Shown: positions 1 to 13,444 of the stretch, piece by piece
Position numbering within the stretch: the first letter of the stretch is position 1
Layout of the letters: each line of letters starts with the position of its first letter
Assembly: GCA_965153285.1 (NCBI GenBank)
Contig: OZ229118.1
Length of the DNA: 64,000 nt
Origin: Podarcis tiliguerta
Taxonomy: Eukaryota
Direction: 5' to 3' (one strand)
The notes under the pieces: generated by a model
Database searches by the model: none
The model's input: the letters and a program-made list of their open reading frames with translations, nothing else
Told to the model about the DNA's origin: nothing
Program-made: the position numbers and the translations under genes

Positions 1-829
1 GCTACCTTGTCTTCTCCCTCCAATGAGATATTTATATATAGCTAGCCTATACCCTCCAGGCTTTTTACACATTAGTACAAGAACTGTATTGCTCTCAACA
101 TTACTATAAAATACTGCTGGCACGCAAGTCTCGTTGGCCAGGCCAATTGGCTTTCCAACTGAAAAGTCTAGCTGACAATGGGCTTTAGCAGATTCATAAA
201 GTACATAAAAGGAGAAGAAAACAGAATTGCATTCCTTTTGGCCATCCAATTTTTAAGGAAAAGGTGAAACCAAAAATACACTGTTTTTCACATCCTAAGG
301 CATTTCCCAATCTTCCATAAATTTGTGAATAACCTAACTGGCTCACTATCCCTAATTGCCTAACAGGAAGTATAATAATTGTGAAGTAAGCAAATATAAA
401 GCTTGCAGGTAGTGAAGAAACACAACTATTAAAGCATTTATTCCTGTAAAAAAGCAAAGCACTTAAAATCTAAGCCCTTTTGTTCTTTTTCTTTCCACAG
501 CTTGAGGCCAGCTTCTTCCCTGCCTTCACAACCTTTTGACAGATATACTGGCCAGCAAATTGAACACCAAGTCTGTTGTTTGTTTTGCCCTTCCACCCAT
601 TACAGGCCAGGTGTCTGCCTTTAAATAAAAATTTTAAATTATGGGCAATGTGAACATTCATTACTTGCAACTTTGCCACCCTACTGGTACAAAAAGGGGC
701 ACAAATAATGTGCTTTACAAACAAACAAAAAACTGTTCCGGAAAGTTTGAGAGTGACTTGGCCCTGTGACACTGAAGGGGTCAACCAATCAGGACTCTTC
801 AGGGCCAGTTTCTGCTGCAAACAGGAATA

Positions 830-1176
830 CAGTGGTGCCCCACAAGACGAATGCCTCGCAAGACGGAAAACCCGCTAGACGAAAGGGTTTTCCGTTTTGG
901 AGGTGCTTCGCAGGACGAATTTCTCTATGGGCTTGCTTCGCAAGACGAAAATGTCTTGCGATTGCGATTCCTGGGGTTTTTTTTCCGCTCCCCACCCCCT
1001 TTTTCTAAGGCACTAAGCTGCTAATAGCCTTTTAGCAGCTAATCCGCTAATCCCTTAAGCCTTTAATAGCCGCTAATAGCCGCTAAACCGCTAATGGGCT
1101 TGCTTCGCAAGACGTAAAAACCGCTAGACGAAGAGACTCACGGAACGGATTCTTTTCGTCTTGCGAGGCACCACCA
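830..1176 (+). mobile_element. Tc1/mariner (Tigger/pogo-like) MITE, family A
   Basis: TIR CAGTGGTGCCYCGCAAGACGAA; TA flanks; four copies in the window. Confidence 0.9.
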
Positions 1177-1909
1177 TAACTGATTTACGCTAGATAAAGT
1201 TGCAAAAAACCAGCAACAACCCAAACTGAAATTTTGTTTGTTTGTATGCAGTCACAATGTCTTGAAATCCCTTTCTCCTTATCATGACAGTTCACTTTCT
1301 AACTGCAAAGCTAACCCTAATATAGAGCGCCCTTATTTAAAGATGTAATGCAAAACATCCTGATTTCTCAAGGAGATCCCTACCTTCTTCACCTGCCACA
1401 CAGGAAACATTCATTTGCATTATCCTTCAAAGTGTAAGCAGCTATTTCCAGGCTGCCCAGTACCACCCCCCAAATGACTGAACAAAGTTATCTAGCTCTG
1501 AAAGACCTTCTGAAAACGTATGTGTATTTTTGTTATTGTTATTATTTTAATTTATGAATTGCTTCTCATGAGGTATTCTGAAGCAATTTATAATGTTTTA
1601 AGATTCATGTAGCATGCAGCTTATGGGGCAGACTGACAACAACATGGTACTGTTTTATATAAAGGAAAGCAGGAGAGAAAAATGAAGTAAATAATTATTG
1701 TTCTATGTATTTAAAATGCTTATATACCGTTGATTACTTAAAAATATTAAAGTGATCTTCAAAACATAAAAATAACCATACAATGAATAAAAACACAGAC
1801 CAACACAATAATAGTACCTAACATCCAGTGACCAAACAAGTATACTAGTATCCATGGATGTTCCAAGGACCTCTCAGGTCCTTCATCAGGGACTTTCAAA
1901 TACTGTCTC

Positions 1910-2190
1910 CACTTCCCTTCTACAGACAACTCCACAACACAACTGCTAGGAGGTTGAGAAACGGTCACCCAATGTGACTCCATGAAACCACCTCTGTAGG
2001 TAGCACCGCTGAGGTACAGTGCCTCCTACAATGAATCCATGGAGTTCAACCAGGAGGATACCTTGGGCAACAGGTCTTAAAATGCAAAGAGTGATCCAGC
2101 AGAAGTCATGTTCCCCCTGTGCTTCTCTTGAAAAAGGTGATCCTTCAGGGCAATCAAGTCCTCCCTGGTCCCAAAACATGGTCTCAAACC
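1910..2190 (-). mobile_element. Degenerate L2/CR1-clade LINE RT fragment
   Basis: Minus-strand remnants resembling GILL..L...GGTV and V.LGD..S RT segments. Confidence 0.45.
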
Positions 2191-3540
2191 AGATTAGAAT
2201 GCATCTAGATCAGGTGTGGGGAGCTTGTGGTCCTGAAAAGGTTACTGCACTGTAGCTTTATCATCCCTGGCCACAATGCCAAGCCATGGGTTCCTCTTAC
2301 ATATGAACAGGACCAGAGAGTGCTACAATAAATAGCCACACCCTTTCACTTTGGCCATAGGCTAAGCAACAGCAAAGTAATTAAGAAGAAGCAGGAGCTT
2401 AAGCACCATCACTATGGACCATAGCAAAGCTACCCAGATGCACCACAAATTCCTGCTATGCCTCTTGTCTCACCAATGCTACATGCTTCCTAGACATATT
2501 ACAAACAGAAACTGTACCGTCCAGCTTAATAAAGTTGCTGAAAATAAAATTACTAGTTTAATTCCTAGAGCAGAGGATTTACCGTTTTTGAATCCACAGC
2601 TCCCTTGACCAACTGCATTCTTTCTGCGGCTCCCATCTGGGGCTCAGGAGCCCAGTTATGTCACCCCTTGCCTGCAGAGCTGGCAGCCTCTCACCTTTTC
2701 AAACACCCTCCCTTGTGGAGTGTTCCCTCAGCCTCCTCTCCCCTCTCCTTGGGAGTCCTCTGGGCTGCCACCCTTGGTCTCTGAGCTGCTCCCCCTGCCC
2801 CAAAGAGAGGCGCCTCCTCACACAACCCCACAGGGGCCTGGGAAGCACTCCCTGGCCAGCCCCAGAGGCCCCACTCACCTGGGAAGCTTGTAGCCAGAGC
2901 TGCTGCAACAAACAGCTATGCAAGCCTTTGTGGGGCAGAGACACAACAGGGCATCAGAGGGAGGGAGGAAAGGAAAGAGGGAGAGAGGCCAGTGTTGCCC
3001 ACAGCACCCCTGACCATCATTCAAGGCATCCCAGGGTGCCACAGCACACTGGTTGAAAGCCACTGTCCTAGAGGAATTCTCAAGAAGTACTAAGTAGGAT
3101 CTTTATCCTGTTTTCAAAACACCTTAGTTCTTTTAAGCCCACAAGAATCTAGGTGTAGTAAGACTATGAACTGCCTCTAGAGTACTAGGAGCTGTTGCAA
3201 TGAAACCTATCCGTTGCATTTGGACATCAGGCTTCTTTGCATCATCCTAATTCATGCAATGTCTAAACATGGACACTAATTTGGGTATTGGAATCAGAAA
3301 TAAGCAGGTGTGACCTGTTTTGAGCACTCTTTGTACAATAACTGCCACTATACTATATCATTTCTCCACTCCCGGTAATATTTTGAATAGCCTTTTATTG
3401 TTCAATTTAAGAGCTTCTCTGTGTCGAATAGCCTTTATTGGTCCAATGTGAAGTTTATTATTAAAACCTTTAAAGCACTTCTATTTTATGTCTATTCACA
3501 CCACTAATAAATTAAACAGAAGCTTCTCAACTACACTATT

Positions 3541-3840
3541 AGTATTAATAATAATAATAATATTTATTGATTTTGTATGTCACCCTTCAACTGAAGATCC
3601 CAAGGCAGTTCACAACAGACAAATACAAAATTAGAATATAAAATACATAATAAAGCGAAAACAAACCAATAACCCCTCCTCCCACAAACACATTAAAAAA
3701 AGCCATAGAATGTTCATCAGCCAAACCTGGTTAAAGAGAAATGTTTTTGCCTGGCACCAAAGATATGTAATGAAGGTGTCAGGCGAGCCTCCCTGGGGAG
3801 AACATCCCACAAAAGAGGAGCCACTGTAGAAAAAGCCTTG
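3541..3840 (-). mobile_element. L2 LINE 3' end
   Basis: Near-identical to the copy at 40240-40538; (AAT)n tail. Confidence 0.7.
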
Positions 3841-4341
3841 ATTCAACTAGTACCTGATTCAACAAGTGCTATACACATGCAACTAACAGTAGGTACACAG
3901 TAGGAAAGTCGTATTCCAAATCTCCAAACTGTTTTGTGTAACACAAACCCCACAGAGAATCAATACATGGAGTTTCTTAAGAAAAAAAAGAGAGTCCAGG
4001 TTCACACCTGGATGTGTTGCATACATGTTGCTGGACTGTGGTTACAACTGAAGGTTTGGGGCAAGTACAGTAGTACAAATGTTTAATTAAAACTAGTATA
4101 AACATTTAACCAAATGACACACAGGATAGATTTTTAAAACAGCATGTTGCATAATATTTGACATGGCAATATATCAACATCCCTGTTGCTCTGTAGTATA
4201 AAATAACAGTTGTAACCATATGTTAAAGGTAAGTAAAATGTTTCAGTTTTAGACCCCTAAGTTGTAGCAGTTTCCAGAACATTACCCTGTTTTCCTCTAC
4301 TGTACATAGCTCCATCCTTATCTCAGACATCCTTTTATATA

Positions 4342-4685
4342 CTGTATTTTTCGCTCTATAAGACGCGCCCGACCGTATGAGGTGCTATGATTTTTTACAT
4401 ATAGTTTTTAGAGGTGCTATGATGCTCATGTACTGCTTGTGGGCTTCCCACAGGCATCAAGCTGGCCACTGTGTGGCCACAGTGCTGGCCACTGTCTCTG
4501 CGCAGTGTCTCTCCTGCGAAGCAGGAGGAGGAACAGAAGGGGCTCCGTTCCTCCTCCAACTTTGCTGAAGGGGCACTGCGCAGCTCTCCCTCTCTGTGCA
4601 GCACCATTCGCTCCATAAGACGCACTCACATTACCCCTTACTTTTTAGGAGGAAAATAGTGCGTCTTATGGAGCGAAAAATACGG
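4342..4685. mobile_element. Tc1/mariner-superfamily MITE (CCGTATTTTTC-type TIR)
   Basis: 25-bp TIR CYGTATTTTTCGCTCYATAAGACGC; TA flanks. Confidence 0.85.
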
Positions 4686-5888
4686 TATTCTTCTTTAACT
4701 GTGTAGACAAGCATAGGCTTATATTGTCAATTTTTTATTAAAAAAACTGAATCAGTGGCTCCGTACCATCTGCAATTTATTTTCTATAAATATGGATGTT
4801 TCCTTCATATCTTATGAAAAATAAAATAAGTAGCTCTACTAAGTATCAACCCTTGTTGTTGGAATATTGTGAGCCCTTAGTGACACATAAACATGGGTTG
4901 CAATGAACAAAACGTATGATTTTAGCTACTGTGATAAGAGTACTGTACTTTTTTTAAAAAGTGGCTTTCAAAGTGTGTTGCAGGGAACACTGGTTTTGCA
5001 AAAAGGTAATCAACTCATTTAAAAGATCAATGACATCAGGCAAACTTTTCTAAAAGCTCATAATGATTATATTTACCTGCAATCTGAAACTTGAGCATAT
5101 TTTAGAATGGATGCGCAACCTGCTGCCCTTAGTCCACTTTCCATCCAGTTCTTGGCCCAATTGCATAAGAGTAACAAGGACAGGAGGGGAAATGGGATAG
5201 CAGAAAGAGGGTGTTCAAAAGGGATGGTGCAAAGAGAGATAAAAGGGGTGGCCCTCCCACTTTTATTCTTGTCCCATCTACTATTAGCATGCTGCCAACA
5301 GACTAAAAGGGAATGCAGGCCTTGACATGAGTTTACCACCCCTGCTCTCATTTGATATGGGGTAACAATGAACCCTAGCTATATACTCCAGTCTAGAACA
5401 TGCTCCAGAAACCTACAGTATGTATACATTCCATGGAAATGGCACAGGCAATCTGACATTCAACTAATTCCACTTTGTGCAAAAATTATTTAGGTGCTCT
5501 GGTGCACTGATTCAAGAAGTAGGTATTTCTAGTGTTCGAAACTCCCATTGTTCTAGGTGCATTTTGCAACAGAATTTCATTAGTGCAAGCAGTTTCTGAG
5601 CTTTGGGAGCAGTACTGTGCCTAAGATTTCAGATTAAAACTGCAAAGTGGAAGGAAAGGAGGACCTTTTTCTGCCTCCCCACTTCCAGCTACTCTCTGAA
5701 GATGGGAGGAGAGACTCTCTTAAGAATATTAGGGAGGTGGGACAGGGGAAGGACTAGACCACGTGAAAAATGAACATAATATTTTAGCTGCAGTTCATTC
5801 ATTTTCAGGTTTGTATTCTTGCTATAAAAAAGCATGCCTGTACATTCTGTTGCAAAGCCCATAACCTAGGTTTAAGGTGCTATGTAGT

Positions 5889-6238
5889 GGGTTGGGTGGC
5901 GCTGTGGGTTAAACCACAGAGCCTAGGACTTGCCGATCAGAAGGTTGGCGGTTCAAATCACCACGACGGGGTGAGCTCCCGTTGCTCGGTCCCAGCTCCT
6001 GCCAACCTAGCAGTTCGAAAGCACATCAAAGTGCAAGTAGATAAATAGGTACCATTCCGGCAGGAAGGTAAACGGCGTTTCCATGTGCTGCTCTGGTTTG
6101 CCAGAAGCGGCTTAGTCATGCTGGCCACATGACCCGGAAGCTATACACCAGCTCCCTCGGCCGATAAAGCGAGATGAGCGCCGCAACCCCAGAGTCGGTC
6201 ACGACTGGACCTAATGGTCAGGGGTCCCTTTACCTTTA
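5889..6238 (+). mobile_element. Sauria SINE
   Basis: tRNA-like head with A/B boxes; (ACCTTT) tail; three near-complete copies in the window. Confidence 0.9.
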
Positions 6239-6521
6239 GCTCCTAGCTTTCTAACACTGGGTATTTCTGCCCCACCTAATGACGTTTTTGCTATGGAATG
6301 CCACGGATTCCCATCCTTGTCCCACACTATTCCCCATCTACATGAAATTGCTGCATCTGGGGATATGGTATAGCACCATCAATATAAAAACAATGACACC
6401 TAGCTGTTTCTTTCATCAAACTTTGTACCAAAGAAATAGATATCTATTATCTAGAAAAAATAAAAAGGTTTTGTTAATAGAGAGTAAAGATGATCAGGGA
6501 GTTGGGTATTCAGCCAGTTTT

Positions 6522-6778
6522 GGATATGCTGAGGCTCCAATACTTTGGCCACTTCATGAGAAGAGAAGACTTCCTGGAAAAGACCCTGATATTGGGAAAG
6601 ATGGAGGGCATAAGGAGAAGGGGACGACAGAGGACGAGGTGGTTGGACAGTGTTCTCGAAGCTACCAGCATGAGTCTGACCAAACTGCGGGAGGCAGTGG
6701 AAGACAAGAGTGCCTGGCGTGCTCTGGTCTATGGGGTTACAAAGAGTCAGACATAACTAAACGACTAAACAACAACAA
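6522..6778 (+). mobile_element. BovB (RTE) LINE 3' fragment
   Basis: LRLQYFGH..RR...LEKTL.LGKMEG.RRRGRQR; (CAA)n tail; matches the copy at 48329. Confidence 0.93.
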
Positions 6779-9243
6779 TTTCCTCTCACCTCCCCCATGA
6801 AATTCACTTGGGTCACTATTAGGTCTGGCCTTGCAGTAAAATTGGTGGTCAGAAGCAGCTTTCACTGCTGGTTGTGCAACAGTGAAAAATGCAAATATTG
6901 TCAGTTATCCATGCTTTAGTAATGTCCAGTTTAGACTACTGGAGGGAATTTTGCATGGGGCTGATTATGATGAGTATTCAGAAGTTTCAACTAGTTCAGA
7001 AATGTAGTCACTGTTATTAACTAGAATCTACAGAATGCTTAAATATCCATACTGACAGTTTGTTTCCAGTTACAATTCAAACTTCTTCTTTCCACCTTCA
7101 GACCCCAACCACCCTGATCCCAAACCATTTCCAGCAGTGCCAGATGGAAGCTTTGATCAGGAGTCCAAGGATGCTCTCTATTTGCAAACTCTCTTCTGCA
7201 AGAAACTCTGTACCTGCTCTGAAACTCAAGGCTATGCTCCCAACAGGAAAACAGAACAAAATAATATTGTCCGTTCACCAACTGTCACTTGGCAGAGAAG
7301 AAGAGGGGCAGGATCCCCTTCTGCTCTGCTGAGTTACACCTTTTCCCTCCTGTCACCTGGCAGCAACTATTACATCAGACTATAGCAAGAGAGGGAAGAT
7401 GGGGTTGGGGAACACTTCCAGCTGGGAGAGCAACATTTGGCTCATGGATGAACTTTTTCCATCCCAGCTGCACATTACAAGAACCTGTAACTAAGAACGG
7501 GGACCTGAGTTTGCTTATTTCCTCCTCCCTCCCAATTCATTTTCATTTTGCTTCATGTCTTTTGGACTTTTAAGCATGAAGGGAGGTAATGCCTTGTTTT
7601 TATTGATCTTTAAAAGTCAGTATGGCAGCCTTTTTCTATTTTTGCTGAAGAGCAGGATAACAATTCTTCAAATAAATACCTGCTCCCATATGAACTCCTT
7701 TTGTGTTAAAGTCTTCATTTAAGGCTCTGCTTCAGGTGTTCCTTCTGCCAGAGAGAAGCTGGATAGCTATGGAACCCAATTATGGGACACCCTACTTAGG
7801 TTTGTTAGGTGCCTGTTCTGCTTTCTTTGGGGTACTAATTACAAATGTTTTATTTGCACAAGGTTTTCAGATTTGTTTTTTTTTTATCCATAAATAAGTT
7901 TCTATTATACTGGCTGTTTTGTCTTTTTGTTTTTAATTGCAATATATTATGTTTTTAAGCATAAATTTAAGCCATCATGGAGGGGCCCCCAGTATTAGTG
8001 GAAAGATGTGATAGGTTTTACATTTAAAAAAAATACCTTAAGCTTTTTTTAAAACAAAAACAAAAAACCAGCTAACCAAACTCATCATAAAAATTGAGTT
8101 TTTTATTCTCTATATAAAACAAGGGCAGATATTACACATTCTTGCCAAAATCAGTATGAATTATATTACATTTAGTAAACCAGTCAGTCCATTTACCAGC
8201 ACTCCTGATTTTCCAGCCACTTTGGATACCCACCAAACCATTTATATAATTTAAATGTTACAGTTCACGTATGCCCTGTGCAAGTGGAAACTTAATGTGG
8301 AAAGAAGCTAAAATGTTCTTAAGGGGCTGTATACAAATGGTGGTCCTATGCTGACAGAAGACTCTTTCATTCAGAACAACAGGGATTGAGGATTCAGTAA
8401 TTCCTTTCCTTGCTTCATTTCTGCTTCCAGAGGGTTGTGAAACCCTTTAGAACAGCATGGAGGGAGAAAAATGCTGAAGATCACCTTGATGTGTTCCTGG
8501 ACACCAACTGGATGCAATTCTAGATATGATGACATGCTGTTGCATATGCATGCATTTTGCAATTGCCTCACAGGTAAGCTTAGAATAAAATTAATTGGAG
8601 TTCCATGTGCAAAACAGCTGCAAAAGCGGTCCTTCAAATTTTCTAGGCTAGTTTTAGGCATTAGTGTCTTCCCTTTGTTTTAACAGTTTATTTGAAAGAT
8701 CCAACACCAAGACCTACAAGAGATAATTTCTTATATATCCTCAAAGTTGCCATCATCTTGATTTTCTTAGTGTGAAATATTAGACCATATTTCAGAATGA
8801 TAACTACGGATTACTAATTTTTAGGAATACAGTATCTCATCACCACAAATAAAAGAATAGGGACAGTATGGTAGTCTGAACCCATTTTGGTAACATCTTC
8901 ACAATACTGGGTGTTGAGGAAGGGCAGAATTAGTTATGATAACAATTATAAATCTAGCACGTGGTCTGGACCGAAGTGTGGGGTAATGAATAAAGAACTG
9001 AAGTTGGACAAGGAAAAAAATCTAGGTGATATCCAACTACATCTTATTTGGAGCAGACACACTGAAATCAATGAACTTAAGTTACCCAAATCCATTGGTT
9101 TCAATGGGTCTAACTCCCCAATATGACTAATGTTAGATATTCCCATAAAGCAAATTCTCATAAAGCAAATGGGACAGCCTCAGGTTAGCGCTTATTGTTC
9201 AGCTTAACCTACTACACAGGGCGGTTGTGAAGATATTGAAATA

Positions 9244-9406
9244 CAGTGGTGCCCCGCAAGACGAATGCCTCGCAAGACGGAAAACCCGCTAGACGAAAGG
9301 GTTTTCCGTTTTGGAGGTGCTTCGCAAAACGAATTTGCTATGGGCTTGCTTCGCAAGACGAAGAGACTCGCAGAACGGATTCTTTTCGTCTTGCGAGGCA
9401 CCACTG
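9244..9406 (+). mobile_element. MITE family A, internally deleted
   Basis: Both TIRs and TA flanks; lacks the central ~185 bp. Confidence 0.9.
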
Positions 9407-10597
9407 TACACCCATGTACGTCACCCTGAGCTCCTTGAAGAACAAGACACAGATTTAAACCAAAATAATATTTCTTCAAATATTATCAATCATACCAACA
9501 CTGAAAGATTTCAATTTATTATTATTTGTAGTACAGCATAAGAGAGCTTCTGGATACAACTCACTGACAGGCAATATACTTATAGCACTGCTTATTATAT
9601 AACATCAACAGATCACTAATATCAAACTTGCTCCTCAATGCACAACTGCTTGGAAATGAGGACAAAGTTCCTATCTAGAGATGACAATCTGAAGGGGCAT
9701 TTATTATGTTAGCATAGGCAGCATGCAGGAAAGGCTGTGGACATAATGCAGCCAGAATTAGGAAAATGTGTGTCCACAACTTTTGGCACTAGAGTGAAGT
9801 ATATATCTACTTAAAACAGTCTACTAAAGTAGACTGAGAGTTTTGTTTCTGTATGCTGTCACTGCTATCCTCACACATGAAAACAATTATATATCTATAG
9901 ATATATAATGATATGTAGATAGATACCTAAAAAGGTTTACAACTAAAATATTTTAAGTGTAAACATAATAAATGTGCAAACATGTATATATAAGTACACC
10001 GATTATGATGCTGGGATTAATTTTGCATCTTTTTAAAAAATACATGGCAAGTCTAGGTTTGCCTCTCATAATGTGTGAAATGGTCCTCAATCATACCGAA
10101 AATCAGCTGGAGTTGCTCTTAACTAACATTTTCAAGATGGCAACAGTGGAGCAGTACAAGACAATATGTCAAACCTATCTTAACCAGGAAGTTATGTCAG
10201 CATATCTCCTGTGTAAGTTCAGCTTCATCTTGTTTCTAGGCAGGGTGTGTGTGGCCAGGTTTGGGCAGGTAGTGTTAACTTGAATTTTTTGCCCATGAAT
10301 TCCTATGAAACGTTTAGTTACACTTGGTTTTTTGTTGGTGCAAGTTACATGGAGCTCTGTGGACAAGACCAATAAATGAAGAGAGTTAGGATGCAGAGTT
10401 AACTTTGTTTGCCCCTCTTCCCAAACCCATTCCCTACCCTTAGCATGCCCTCTTTGTGTCCTCTACATCAGTATGACTTCCCTTGGTTTAACTTTTGCCA
10501 GCAGAGGAGGGATACAAAATCACTTACAACTGCTTAAGACCATCCCATCCCATTCCAGAAGTGGAAATACACCAACTAGATGTTAGGATGTGGCCTA

Positions 10598-10634
<37 letters not shown>

Positions 10635-10641
10635 TGTGTGT
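10598..10641. repeat. Compound (CT)n(GT)n microsatellite
   Basis: Direct read. Confidence 0.95.
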
Positions 10642-11423
10642 TATAATTACACTATAAGGATGCAGCAAAGGGTCACTACACATTTTTATGTCCTCAAAGT
10701 CTGCAACTACAGTTCACACTTTTTCTTAAGAGGTTGGTTTTCAAAAGCAAATATGTTACTATGCATCCTCCACCTTTTATCTCTGCCATATAGTTTCTCA
10801 TCCCACAGGTATTTTTTATACTCAGTTATGCTAATAACAAATAACATACCAGTTTACACCACCAGTAGATTAATATTCTTCCTATTAACAGTATGACACC
10901 ATACAAACCAGTTAAAAGCACTTTGGATGTTCTCCACCACTATGCACATATGAAAGGCATAAACAAAGTATTCCATGCACTGAGGCAATCTTATATTAGT
11001 CAACTGATGGTCATACAGGTTACAACTGCATTTCAACCTTTCATCACCTGTGAACTGATGCAATGCGCCCACGATTTATTGCTCTTTGACCCGCCCCATT
11101 CCCCCCACAGACTTTCCAGATTTCTGAATGGCTACACACACATACAAATGGGGAAGTGCAAAGGGAAGCATTGCCAGTTTCACAGCCCCAAATTTCATTT
11201 CCCTGTCTTCCTCTTCTACTTTCCAGCCAAAAAAAAAGTGACAGCGGAAAGCTCTGATGGATTTGACAAAATGCTGGGGGGAAATTCAACCGCCGCATCC
11301 ATACCTGCGCTGGTAACCATAACAAGGCTTTTTACTTTTCTCCGGCCTAGTCAGTTTTATCAGAAAGCAGAAGACAAGGGGGGGCAGGATACCTGTGGGA
11401 CTGAGCTGGAGACCAGTGGCAGG

Positions 11424-11582
11424 GTTGCCACTTTCAGAAGACATCTGAAGGCGGCCCTGTTTAGGGGAAGTTTTTAATGTTTGATGTTTTATTGTGTTTT
11501 TAATATTCTGTTGGGAGCTGCCCAGAGTGGCTGGGGAAACCCAACCAGATGGACGGGGTATAAATTATTATTATTATTATTA
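11424..11582 (+). mobile_element. L2 3'-tail fragment
   Basis: GAGTGGCTGGGGAAACCCA.CCAGATGG.CGGGGTATAAAT plus (ATT)n; related copies at 12790-12982 (+) and 13640-13765 (-). Confidence 0.7.
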
Positions 11583-11949
11583 CATGGGCCAGCATCTGAG
11601 CCAGGGAAGTGGTGTGTGCTACTTATTTCACCCCCAGCACAAGCTGGAGAGAGCATGTTGACATTTGAGAGCAGCAAAAGCACAGCTTGAGGAGGGCAGT
11701 GACGTGCATTCCCCACCCCCCAGAAGGGGCAGATTCACACGTATGGTGGTTAACACGCTACAAATTCAGGCGTGACTCTGGGCCTCTTGGGTGGGCCTAC
11801 ACGGGCAACAGAGAGGATCAGATGGAGCTGGCAGGCCTAGCTTGATCCCCTTCCTCATCATTTCTTCCTTCCCCCACCCCCCACCCCATTCCCCTCAGAT
11901 GGGGGTCACTCCCCACTGGGGGACCCCCTCCCCTCCCCAGAAATTTCCT

Positions 11950-12800
11950 TTTTTTTCCCCCCATGGGAAATGAACGTTGCCCGAGGAAACGAGGCAACAT
12001 CGCTGCTTCCCCGAGACCCCGGAGAGAAAGAAAAACGGAGGCGAGGGAAGGAAAACCGAAAGGGATGTAGCCTCCCAAATCTCTCCCCCACCCCCAAGAA
12101 ACGCCACGACCGAGGAGGGCGACAAGGGAGGGAAAGGCTGACCTCCTCGCTCTTCAGCACCTCCTTGAACTCCCGCTTGATCCTCTGCACCGCGATGTTG
12201 GCCATGTCCTCGGAGGGGTCCGACGACCCGCCCAACCCCAGGCCGCTGCTGCCGCCGCCGCCGAGCCGGGCCGAGCTCCTCCACCCGCCGCCGCCGCCAC
12301 CGCTGCTCCCGCGGGTTAATCTCCCGGCCCTTCCAAAATGGCGCCGGCGCCGAGCATGCGCGTTGGCTGCCGCCGCCGCCCGGCCGCCTGCCCCTTCCTC
12401 TCCGTCAGAGAAAGGAAAATGGAGAGGGGAGGGGAATAGGAAAGGGCGGGGGGGGGGAATCCGCTGCTTAGGGCCCCCGCGAAAAGTGTGGAGAAGGGGA
12501 GGCAAAATGAGAGGAGAAAAAGTGGAGGAGAGGATCTCCTGTCAGACGGTGGTTTCGCCCCTCAGGGAGAGGGGAGGCCTTCGCCCACCTCGCCTCAGGA
12601 GGGGTCGTCGGCGACCTCCGCCCTTGGCCGTCACTGACTATGAGGCAGAACCGCCTTTTCGGGGGGGGGGGTACGTAGGTCCGTACGTGTGAATGTGGAG
12701 CGTCTGGAGCGGAGGCGCGGCCTTCGCGGTGGTGGCGCCTTTTCCTTGCGCGACGGCCCTCCCTTCAGAGGCTGAGACGGGAGAGCTACACAACTTCCCC
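11950..12800. promoter_or_regulatory. CpG island / UBE2K promoter and 5'UTR
   Basis: Very GC/CpG-rich; YY1-like AAAATGGCG at 12335-12343, NRF1-like GAGCATGCGC at 12352-12361, GC boxes. Confidence 0.85.
12143..12205 (-). CDS. UBE2K: Ubiquitin-conjugating enzyme E2 K, coding exon 1 (MANIAVQRIKREFKEVLKSEE); later exons lie left of the window
   Basis: 21 codons matching the vertebrate UBE2K N-terminus, followed by donor GAG|GTCAGC; inside a CpG island; divergent from SMIM14 as in other vertebrates. Confidence 0.97.
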
Positions 12801-12904
12801 GTCTTGGGAAGGCATCGATTTCTTAGGATGTTTTCAGATGATAATACACGTGCTGTAAGCCACCAGAGCAGCTGGGGGAAACTAGCCAGATGGGCAGGGT
12901 ACAA

Positions 12905-12905
<1 letters not shown>

Positions 12906-12968
<63 letters not shown>

Positions 12969-12982
12969 TAATAATAATAATA
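12906..12982. repeat. (AAT)n microsatellite expanded from an L2 tail
   Basis: Direct read; source of the poly-N/poly-Y ORFs. Confidence 0.95.
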
Positions 12983-13358
12983 GCAGGAAGGGTAAGGGAG
13001 TAGGGCAGAGCTTTTTTAATGATAATTTTATTACTAATTAAGAGCCCCATTATAACAATACCAATTTATAATACAATTATTAATACCAATCATTCAAATC
13101 CTGAATTATATAATTTAGAGAAGGTGCTAGAATTGATGGCTGGATTATTTGCTTTATTTCTGCGTTCCAAAATCTTATTAATTTCCACAACATTCCGGTC
13201 ATAATAATAATAATCCCTTATACAACAGCTGCATTATTAATAACTTCTATTCATGTTGACACCTTACATGATTTATAAAGCTACAAGGGAGGAACTCAAA
13301 CTATATCCTTGTTCTCCCTGTGTGTGGCAATTATTCTGTCCGAGGTGTTTCTTCCTGT

Positions 13359-13444
13359 CCTTGTAAGATGTTACGTCTTTCTTTCCCCCTTGTAAGATGT
13401 TATGTCTTTCTTTGCCCCTTGTAAGACGTTATGTCTTTCTTTCC
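13359..13444. repeat. 29-bp tandem repeat x3
   Basis: CCTTGTAAGAYGTTAYGTCTTTCTTT units at 13359, 13388, 13417. Confidence 0.9.

Noticed and set aside
766-1008. Recurrent VVPRKTNASQDGKPARRKGF ORFs (also 9246, 14801, 55146)
   Set aside because: Translations of MITE family A, not a gene family
10893-11477. 194-aa ATG ORF antisense in UBE2K intron 1
   Set aside because: No recognisable domain and it ends in L2 sequence (FRRHLKAALF)
1-12142. UBE2K exon 2 (TSKNQIKVDLVDENF...)
   Set aside because: Not found on the minus strand; it presumably lies left of the window
11895-12971. Several long overlapping ORFs, including an in-frame upstream extension of UBE2K
   Set aside because: Stop-poor GC-rich island, mostly non-ATG starts, low-complexity products; only 12143-12205 matches a known protein
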